From contig JASLVU010000003.1 in the NCBI GenBank assembly GCA_030741225.1, forward strand, positions 1 to 32,458: a DNA stretch of 32,458 bases, in the 5' to 3' direction. This DNA is from Candidatus Poseidoniaceae archaeon (GTDB taxonomy: Archaea; Thermoplasmatota; Poseidoniia; Poseidoniales; Poseidoniaceae). Below the pieces are notes generated by a model. That model did not search any database. It saw only the letters and a program-made list of their open reading frames with translations, and was not told the origin of the DNA. Position 1 is the stretch's first letter. Every line of letters starts with the position of its first letter. Both the position numbers and the translations under genes were made by a program. This document shows, piece after piece, positions 25,302 to 32,458 of the stretch.

Positions 25302-27539
25302 TCAAGCATCCGCTTCAAACTGTAGGAAATTATCCAGTAGTTTCAATCCATCTTTTGAACCGACTGATTCTGGATGAAATTGAACACCACATATCGGTAG
25401 TGATTTGTGTTCTAAAGCCATAATTTCATTGGTAGATTCTTCATATGTGATATCAAATATTCCAGTATCTTTGACATTTGAAACACTCAATGAATTGTAT
25501 CGAGTGAACATTGATGGAGATCGAATTCCTGAAAAAACTCCACTATCGGAATGTAGGCATGAACGAGGCACACCATGAACGGGGCCGTGAACGGAACGAG
25601 CAACGGTCATGCCGGCTGCAAGTCCAATGGCTTGATGACCGAGACAAATTCCCATTACAGGTTGCGGAATTAGCGATTGAAGAGAGGCTTTTGCGATTGC
25701 TAAGGTAAGTGGTGAATCCTCGGGCTTTCCAGGACCAGGACCCAGAATCACATGGCTCGGTTTGAGTCGGTTTACCAGTTTGGCGGCAGAATCAGCGTTC
25801 CATGGTTTTCCGGAAAGGTAATCTCTGGCTTTGAGAATAGATACATCATGCCCTAATCCAGCAACAGCGTGAGCAATATTCAGTGTAAATGAGTCGAGAT
25901 TGTCGATGAGAAGGATGCCATTGATTGTCGGAATCGATTCGTGAACAAACTGAACAGAACCATGTGCTGATGTAATTGGTGCTTCTTCGATTTCTAACGG
26001 GTGATTTGTGAGTTTGCGGGTAGGCAATGCTGAGTCGTTGTTTTCAATCCACCCGCATGCACGACGTAGAGCAGCTGCTTTCCATTTTGCTTCGTTGACT
26101 TCGGCCCGTGGAATCGACCCGATCGTGATACCTCCTCCAGCGGCAATACTTCCACTCCATCCGTATCTCGTTTTCTTTGCAATGAGTGTTCGAATCATGA
26201 TGTTCAATGCACATGAACCAGAATGAACATCAATCCATCCAAGTGAACCGGTCCAAAAGGAGCGCGGTCGTTTTTCAACTTCGTCTATTGCTGCACAAAC
26301 GACAGTTCTTGGACACCCTGTGATACTCCCTCCAGGAAATACATTTTGAATCGCATCGATACCATTCATTTTATCTTCAAATTTGCCGGAGAGATGGGAG
26401 ACGAGGTGCTGAACTTGAGCGTAGGCTTCAACATCAAACCGTTTGATAGCAATACTTCCGACTTTAGAGACATGAGCAATATCGTTTCGCATCAAATCTA
26501 CAAGCATTCTGTGTTCGGAACGTTCCTTTTCGTCTTCAACCATTTCATTGCGTAAAAGAAGTTCTTCTGCATCTGTTGTGCCACGTGGACGGGTTCCCTT
26601 AATCGGTGAAGTGAAGACATTTTCTTCATCGCATTTGAGAAGGCTTTCAGGTGATGAACAGACGATTGAAATATTCAAATCAGGTGCTTCAATGTATGCT
26701 GAAAAAGGTGCAGGATTGGAGATTGTAAGACGCTGAAAGATTCTTCGAGGATGTTCGTTTAATTCTCCATCCCACCACCTTCCTACATTGACTTGATACA
26801 TCTGTCCAGAACGAATACTTTCACGAATATCATCGATTATTCTCTCATGCTGCGTATCTGTCATTGAACTGGAGTCTTGGGTAAATACAGGTTCTTCAAG
26901 CTCCGGCAAGGGATGATTCTTGTTTACATAATCGAGAATTTGAGCAGACCAAGAATCGTCAATGAGGGAATGAACAGTCATTGTCTCGGTTTTTCGGTCT
27001 TGAACAATCATTTTTTCAATGAGCCAAAGTACAGTCAGAAGTTCTTCTTCATCTGGAGGATGTTGGAGATAAATTGGCTGTGTCCACTGAACCATATCAT
27101 ACGACAACGCACCGGCCCAAAACGGTCGCTGAGGAAGTGAACTGTCCGGTTGGTTTTCAAACAGCGCATCGGGGGTGAGAGTACGTAATTTGTTGAGCAT
27201 CTCATCTATTGATTGGGCAAAAATGGAGGTTGAGTGATACCAGCAACCGTGTTTCCATTCCTCGACGATTGCAGTGAATTTCTTTTTGTTCGGATTTACT
27301 TGGATTTCACCATTCAGCGGACTGTGTGAATTGGGAATGACGATATCTTTTGGCTGTACAATTTTCACTCGCCATTTTGGCGGACCGCACAATATCGAGA
27401 ACTGGGCTAAATGTGAATAAGGTCCGCTTGAACAGAAAAGGATTTCATCAGGACCTCCATATTTTACTGCATTTTGTCCAAGCAAACCTTCGTCTCGAAG
27501 GTGATTTTGGAGCCCGAGCAATTCAAGACTCATCGCCAT
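25302..27539 (-). CDS. pabB: Fused aminodeoxychorismate synthase: chorismate-binding (PabB) domain plus C-terminal glutamine amidotransferase (PabA)
   Basis: NPAPFSAY, SSPE, SPIKGT (PabB-type lysine, 26592-26606), EHRMLVDLMRND and FPGGSITGCP. GATase motifs IDNLDSFT, LGPGPGKP, GICLGHQ and QFHPES. Confidence 0.88.
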   Translation of the reverse strand: MAMSLELLGLQNHLRDEGLLGQNAVKYGGPDEILFCSSGPYSHLAQFSILCGPPKWRVKIVQPKDIVIPNSHSPLNGEIQVNPNKKKFTAIVEEWKHGCWYHSTSIFAQSIDEMLNKLRTLTPDALFENQPDSSLPQRPFWAGALSYDMVQWTQPIYLQHPPDEEELLTVLWLIEKMIVQDRKTETMTVHSLIDDSWSAQILDYVNKNHPLPELEEPVFTQDSSSMTDTQHERIIDDIRESIRSGQMYQVNVGRWWDGELNEHPRRIFQRLTISNPAPFSAYIEAPDLNISIVCSSPESLLKCDEENVFTSPIKGTRPRGTTDAEELLLRNEMVEDEKERSEHRMLVDLMRNDIAHVSKVGSIAIKRFDVEAYAQVQHLVSHLSGKFEDKMNGIDAIQNVFPGGSITGCPRTVVCAAIDEVEKRPRSFWTGSLGWIDVHSGSCALNIMIRTLIAKKTRYGWSGSIAAGGGITIGSIPRAEVNEAKWKAAALRRACGWIENNDSALPTRKLTNHPLEIEEAPITSAHGSVQFVHESIPTINGILLIDNLDSFTLNIAHAVAGLGHDVSILKARDYLSGKPWNADSAAKLVNRLKPSHVILGPGPGKPEDSPLTLAIAKASLQSLIPQPVMGICLGHQAIGLAAGMTVARSVHGPVHGVPRSCLHSDSGVFSGIRSPSMFTRYNSLSVSNVKDTGIFDITYEESTNEIMALEHKSLPICGVQFHPESVGSKDGLKLLDNFLQFEADA

Positions 27540-28323
27540 GCCTCACATCGAACCAAGTTGTTTCTTTTTGATAATGTTCCTTTAGTATTGATTGACAATG
27601 GTTGGTAAGAGTCTGGCTGTCGCTAAACTCTTCACTGTCGAGTGAAAGTATTCTGCAAGCTCCCAAGCCACTGCCAATGACCACGATTTCGACAGCTCTG
27701 GCCACCAACCTTTCGTTTAATCTCCCGGATTGTACAAGAATACCTGATTTCTGCAATCCCTGGGATATATGATTGAAAGTGATGCTTTCAACACCACCTT
27801 GGTCCTTGGCAGCGACCCAAACAATTCCATCTTCATCCATAACTAAGGGCATTGCTCTATCGGCATCAATAATGGCGAAGTCATGGACAAGAAACGCAAT
27901 GTCGCAACCAAGTTCTTGTGCGGATTCTCGTGCTTTGATGTACGGAGACCAGCAACCATGTTTTGTTCCGTTTATTCTTTTGGACCATTTTGGTGCTGCA
28001 ATTGTCGTTGCATCCAATTCTTCATCACGCAATTCAACATCCCTCGTTTCAAGAGTTAATGTTCCGTTTTGAGACAACTCAATTCGAAGAAGTTTACCAA
28101 GAGAAATTTCTCCTTCGACTGTCTCGACATCGACCATTTTACGAATCTGATTCTCAAGAAGATGATTCATGTTTTGTGGGAAAGGTATGCGTAGATTTTC
28201 AGCATGCTTTGCCATTCTTTCACTATGCAGCGGCCAGTCGGCAATTTTGAATTTGCCATCCCACAACGCAGTTGTAAACACCGCGTTTCGTGGGTTTGGC
28301 AGAATGCCTATGCTCATTGACAC
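27523..28323 (-). CDS. pabC: Class IV aminotransferase-fold protein, probable 4-amino-4-deoxychorismate lyase
   Basis: VFTT...HSERMAKHAENLRI, GTKHG (PLP lysine) and GVESIT; overlaps the start of pabB by 17 nt. Confidence 0.7.
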   Translation of the reverse strand: MSMSIGILPNPRNAVFTTALWDGKFKIADWPLHSERMAKHAENLRIPFPQNMNHLLENQIRKMVDVETVEGEISLGKLLRIELSQNGTLTLETRDVELRDEELDATTIAAPKWSKRINGTKHGCWSPYIKARESAQELGCDIAFLVHDFAIIDADRAMPLVMDEDGIVWVAAKDQGGVESITFNHISQGLQKSGILVQSGRLNERLVARAVEIVVIGSGLGACRILSLDSEEFSDSQTLTNHCQSILKEHYQKETTWFDVRHGDES

Positions 28324-28326
28324 CCC

Positions 28327-31300
28327 TCAAAGCAAGTCATCCAAGAAGGATGTATCAATACTCGCTTGTGGGAGTTGCGGCGAATTGGGTTCAGCGAGAT
28401 CATTCATAAGTGCGTTGTTTTGAACTGGGCGCATTACAGGTTGCGGTGCCTGGTATGCAGGACGCCCGTACAAGTCTTGATTTTCAATTCGCTGTGCGGC
28501 AGCGTAGATATCATTCGCTTGATTTACAGGAACTGCAGGCACTGGCTTTGATGGCATTGGAGGTGCAGTTGAGTCACCAAAAGAATCCCAAGTGTCATCT
28601 TGAATGCCCCATGTGGCTTCTTGCAATTCAAGAGTACGGTCCCTCTTTCTTTGACCGCCACGTGACCGAACAATAGCAAGCAAGAGTATCAACGCAGTGA
28701 CAAGAAGGCCGGCAGCAAGCAAGTTCGGTGTTGTCAGAAGTGTTGAGAAATCGTTCTGGTTATTGGAGTCTTCACCAGAGCCAGCATTGTTTGCGTCTTT
28801 GCCGTACACATCAAGCATCACAGCGTTGACTTCTTCTCGTTCAAAGAGGTCGTCAAATGGTGTGACTGCAACGTACCATGCCGAAGTATTGGTTAACGCT
28901 TGGTAATTGCTCGGCGTGATTAAGAAAGTGTTCGATGCTTTCACTTCAGCCACAAAGTCTGCATCTGAAACAGAGGTAAAGTCTGTTCCAGAGATATACA
29001 ATCTGTAACCGCGAACACTTGAATCAGCAGAATGAGTCCACTCGACAAAGATATTTGATTCGGAATTCCATGACAGAGAGATGTCTTCGATTTCATCAAG
29101 GTATCCTCCCAAATCGTCAACATCATTGTCTATCGATTTGTTCGAAACAGTCTGGAGGTTAATTTCCTGAGCATTTCCAGCAGTATCTCGGACAACGACA
29201 GCGACCCATATTTCGAGTCCTTCTACCACTGGCGTATCTCCGGCAACAACTTCGATAGTGAGTGGAAGTTGAGGTAGTCGGGGAAGAGTTGCAATTGGTG
29301 TTGCAGGCCCTGAACTTCCGAGCCCTACTGCATCAAAAGACCATGTGGCGCCGTAGACATCATACCCAGCAACATCGCTTTCATTACTCAACTCAAATTC
29401 CAGCAGAAGGGCACTTCCATCATCGAGAGGCCGGTCGTAAAGATTGAGTGAGGAAATCACTTCAGGTGCAGTAATATCTTGAACGTTGTTTATTGGAATA
29501 ACCGAGGCTTGAGGTAGTTGGGTGAGATGGACATTTCCTGCTAAGTCATGCACGGTAACGACAACGAAGAGTTCTATATCTGGCTTGATGATTTGTGGGG
29601 TTGCATCCACGATTGAATCGCCACCGTAAAGCGCTGTAGAGATTGAAAGTTCAATTGGATTCAAGTCTTCATCAATCCATTGCTTGTTAATTTTCAAACA
29701 AGCGCACACAGCAGGGTCGTCACCAAACGCAGCCCAAGCTACGGACAAATCGGACAACGGCTTATCAGCAGCCCACACAATGTAATGTGAGAAATCATCA
29801 GCATCGGAAATAGACCAAATGACATCGATTGCAGTTCCATCGTCATCTGGATGGTCAAATGCGTTGACTGAGCCGACTCTATCCGGAGTTGTACCGCTGC
29901 CTGCAGTATTGCGAAGGGGTGTAACTTTCATCACATCAACATCATTGAGATTGGCATTAAGCCAATCGTCGTAAGCGACAACACCAACATAGTAGGCTTG
30001 ACCATCTTGGAGACCAACACCGTCAATATTGGTGACAGTTGTCGAATTCTCGGAACAGTCATCGATTATTTTCGCTTGGGAATATTGGTCGCTTGCAACA
30101 GATGTAGATGGGATTGTTTCAGCGTCAGTCCCTCCTGATGACAAACGAATAAAGATTGCATAAAATGTACAATCTTCGGCAGTATTGACGTCCCATGAAA
30201 CAGTAATTCGGCCACCATCATCGTCTGGAGTATCAATTGCAGCCACATTTTCCATCTTTGGAGGAGCAGTGTTGTCATTGAGTCCGCCAGTAGGCACCAC
30301 AGGACCAATGATTGTTGGGTTCATGAGGTCCTCTTGCCCGGATTCATCGGCACATGTAAGAGCAAGCCAGTAGGGCTGTCCAGCATCAAGCGAAACAACA
30401 GTGGTGTTGCCTTCGGTTTTGTTCACTTCAGCCACAGGTGTCAATCCCAGAGCATCTGTGATTGAAGTGGTTGAAGCATAGATCATGGTTCCAACCAAAT
30501 CTAGAGAAGTACATCGAGCCCATTCCACTTCTAAATCGCCATCATCTCCACCATCGTGGGGCCCAGCACTTGCCCAAACTGGAGAAAGCGGGACTTCGTT
30601 GGATGCAGAGGCGGGCCCGAGTACCGGAGACGGTATACCTAGGTGTCCATCGTCATATTCAACGACGACAACAGCGTAATACTCGTTTCCATCAACAATT
30701 GGTACACCGTTTGCAGTTGTCACTTCGCTTGAAAGTCGGCTGTGCAGAGAGATTGCTTTGTCAACAGTTCTTCCAACAAGGTCGTCTGCCGTTAGTGGCA
30801 AACCAGAATCGGTCGTAAACGGCCCTTCGTTAACATAGATAAGATAGCGAGCGAAATTTTCGTCATGGACAAGTGTCCAGTTTGCAAGAAGGGCTCCACC
30901 GCCATCATCGGGCCTGTCAATGAGGTCGGTCATTGAAACAGGAGTTTCTGTACGTACATAGTCGTAAATCAGTCGAGCATGAAGCGAGCCGTTGGATGGG
31001 GAGCGAAGCGTCAAAGTCACAAATTGAGTTCCGTTGATTATTACTCCATTTGAAACAGCAAGTTGCAGCGATGTCTCAAAGTCTGGATTGTTGTTTAGTT
31101 CAATAGTTGCGTTGTACTTCAAACTCTTTGAGTGGGCCCAAGTTGCAGCATTCTTAACAGGTGAAGTGAATGCAAGTGGTACGGTTTGGAACATGATGCC
31201 ATTGGTGCCTGCAACTCCCAAACTACTGTCAAGAGATACGGTAGAGTTGAGGTCAGCAAGAACGATATTCATCCCTGGATGGGTCATTTCCGAGATATCT

Positions 31301-32457
31301 TGAGCGGCAAGGTTGAAGCCAACATTGAGCGGATCTGCATAACGAACTGAGACTCTTTCGACTTCGGTATACTGTGCATTGTTTTCAAATCCAAACAGTC
31401 CTTCTCCATCGGTAGTTAGCCAGATATAATTGGCAGAAAGTGTACCACCAGTGAGATCAGGCATAGCAATCATTTTCTTGTTTTGGTGCGAGTTTGTACG
31501 CGCCTCAACAATCGATACGCCATTGTTTCCAAAGACCAACAAATCGTCGCCATCGCTGACCATTTTTTGGACCGGCCAACCAAATATTTGGAAAGAAGGA
31601 ATGCCGTTTTCGAAGAATCCTGAGGAACTGTTCCAGTGCGTCATCGGTCCAATATCGGTCGCGATATGAATCCCCCAGAAATCACTGGCCAAAGCATCAA
31701 CATTGTTTGAAGGCAATTGATCGAATTCATGGCCAGTAATCGCACCAGAAGTCAATCCTATTGTGGTAACAGCAGGACGTTCATTGCCTGCTCCATCGTG
31801 TCCGATGAACAGCATGTTTTCGGTCACACCAGTTGGCGAATATGAGGTAAGAGATTTCGTTGAGGTACCCATGAGGCCAGAGGCTGAGTTGTAGAGGGTT
31901 GTAGCATTCGTTGTAAGGTTCATTTCAACCAAACCAGCAGGTGTAGCCATCCATAGAGAATTGCCTTCAACAAGAACATCTTCAACGATATTTGTAGGCA
32001 ATCCATCGGAGGTTGTAAGTGGATTAATCCAGTCGGCCTGAGTATAATCCCAACGACCAACACCACCGTTTGTAGCAATGTACAGTATGTCTGATGTAGC
32101 AGCGAAATTGTTCACTGCATTTGACGGTAATCCGCCAAGCAACTTACCGTTGCCATAGCCGGTTTGAATGTCATAGAGTTGTACGCCTGGTGCAGAGCCG
32201 CCACTGCCCATCAGTCCGAGAACAAGGGTTGTGCCATCGAGAACCATTCCATCAAGATAGCTATGCAATCCCCCGTTTAGACGTGTGACAATACCGGTCA
32301 GCGTGTCCAACTTGTACAAACCAGTAGGTGTAGATGAGATGTACAAATCGGTTCCAATTAATTCGGTATCTTGCGCTTTACTGTTTGCAGCCATTGTCCA
32401 ACCGTTTTGCCACAATATTGAGCCGTCAGCTTGCCATTCACCTTGAAGTAATCCTGC
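28327..32457 (-). CDS. Large acidic cell-surface protein, 5'-partial: beta-propeller repeats, FN3-like repeats, TM helix and cytoplasmic tail
   Basis: Frame stays open to the window edge. LPSNAV / DGLPTNIV / LPSNNV propeller repeats; repeated D-x-P-x-D-D-G...W modules; LLAAGLLVTALILLLAIV-RSR anchor; P/Q-rich tail. Confidence 0.85.
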   Translation of the reverse strand, partial: AGLLQGEWQADGSILWQNGWTMAANSKAQDTELIGTDLYISSTPTGLYKLDTLTGIVTRLNGGLHSYLDGMVLDGTTLVLGLMGSGGSAPGVQLYDIQTGYGNGKLLGGLPSNAVNNFAATSDILYIATNGGVGRWDYTQADWINPLTTSDGLPTNIVEDVLVEGNSLWMATPAGLVEMNLTTNATTLYNSASGLMGTSTKSLTSYSPTGVTENMLFIGHDGAGNERPAVTTIGLTSGAITGHEFDQLPSNNVDALASDFWGIHIATDIGPMTHWNSSSGFFENGIPSFQIFGWPVQKMVSDGDDLLVFGNNGVSIVEARTNSHQNKKMIAMPDLTGGTLSANYIWLTTDGEGLFGFENNAQYTEVERVSVRYADPLNVGFNLAAQDISEMTHPGMNIVLADLNSTVSLDSSLGVAGTNGIMFQTVPLAFTSPVKNAATWAHSKSLKYNATIELNNNPDFETSLQLAVSNGVIINGTQFVTLTLRSPSNGSLHARLIYDYVRTETPVSMTDLIDRPDDGGGALLANWTLVHDENFARYLIYVNEGPFTTDSGLPLTADDLVGRTVDKAISLHSRLSSEVTTANGVPIVDGNEYYAVVVVEYDDGHLGIPSPVLGPASASNEVPLSPVWASAGPHDGGDDGDLEVEWARCTSLDLVGTMIYASTTSITDALGLTPVAEVNKTEGNTTVVSLDAGQPYWLALTCADESGQEDLMNPTIIGPVVPTGGLNDNTAPPKMENVAAIDTPDDDGGRITVSWDVNTAEDCTFYAIFIRLSSGGTDAETIPSTSVASDQYSQAKIIDDCSENSTTVTNIDGVGLQDGQAYYVGVVAYDDWLNANLNDVDVMKVTPLRNTAGSGTTPDRVGSVNAFDHPDDDGTAIDVIWSISDADDFSHYIVWAADKPLSDLSVAWAAFGDDPAVCACLKINKQWIDEDLNPIELSISTALYGGDSIVDATPQIIKPDIELFVVVTVHDLAGNVHLTQLPQASVIPINNVQDITAPEVISSLNLYDRPLDDGSALLLEFELSNESDVAGYDVYGATWSFDAVGLGSSGPATPIATLPRLPQLPLTIEVVAGDTPVVEGLEIWVAVVVRDTAGNAQEINLQTVSNKSIDNDVDDLGGYLDEIEDISLSWNSESNIFVEWTHSADSSVRGYRLYISGTDFTSVSDADFVAEVKASNTFLITPSNYQALTNTSAWYVAVTPFDDLFEREEVNAVMLDVYGKDANNAGSGEDSNNQNDFSTLLTTPNLLAAGLLVTALILLLAIVRSRGGQRKRDRTLELQEATWGIQDDTWDSFGDSTAPPMPSKPVPAVPVNQANDIYAAAQRIENQDLYGRPAYQAPQPVMRPVQNNALMNDLAEPNSPQLPQASIDTSFLDDLL
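28830..30930 (-). repeat. About six tandem FN3-like protein modules, most starting with a D-x-P-x-D-D-G motif
   Basis: DRPDDGGGALLANW (~30918), PHDGGDDGDLEVEW, DTPDDDGGRITVSW (~30234), DHPDDDGTAIDVIW (~29856), DRPLDDGSALLLEF (~29436) and SWNSESNIFVEW; most are followed by Y-x-I/V-Y and later Y/W-x-A-V-V. Repeats are visible at protein level only. Confidence 0.65.
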
Positions 32458-32458
32458 C

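Noticed and set aside
25302-27539. Anthranilate synthase TrpE(G)
   Set aside because: The PIKGT motif and the adjacent PabC-like gene favour ADC synthase, and no other trp genes are nearby.
1-32458. tRNA, rRNA, IS elements, integrases and a cobalamin riboswitch
   Set aside because: Intergenic gaps are mostly under about 100 nt and show no such signatures. A riboswitch for the B12 module would lie upstream of the window.

Overview
Gene-dense archaeal chromosomal segment with no rRNA, tRNA, CRISPR array or mobile element that I can see. Archaeal markers (TFB-like factor, Pth2, RaSEA, archaeal-type YchF, a PGF-CTERM-like tail) occur with bacterial-type genes (AddAB, LtaE, Pip, PabBA/PabC) and a large acidic surface protein. 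This mix suggests Marine Group II / Poseidoniales (inference). Gene order: partial DUF4430-like protein, ECF S-component (probable B12 uptake), two tandem pth2 genes, ltaE, a 789-aa Zn-ribbon hypothetical, a secreted CXXC protein, a divergent TFB transcribed away from an addB-addA pair, a SAM methyltransferase, pip, an acidic coiled-coil protein, psd/asd, RaSEA, a small membrane protein, a multi-TM protein with EF-hands, ychF, a Zn-finger membrane protein, a pabB-pabA fusion, pabC, and a partial propeller/FN3-like surface protein. Highlights: (1) the multi-TM protein at 21603-23570 looks like a cbb3-oxidase CcoN fold that has lost its heme/CuB histidines and gained two EF-hands; (2) the AddB-like nuclease has lost three of four Fe-S cysteines, each at a codon one base from TGT; (3) the divergent TFB has an altered BRE-reading helix and shares a palindrome-rich promoter region with addAB. 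All family assignments come from motif recognition and remembered sequences; no search was run.
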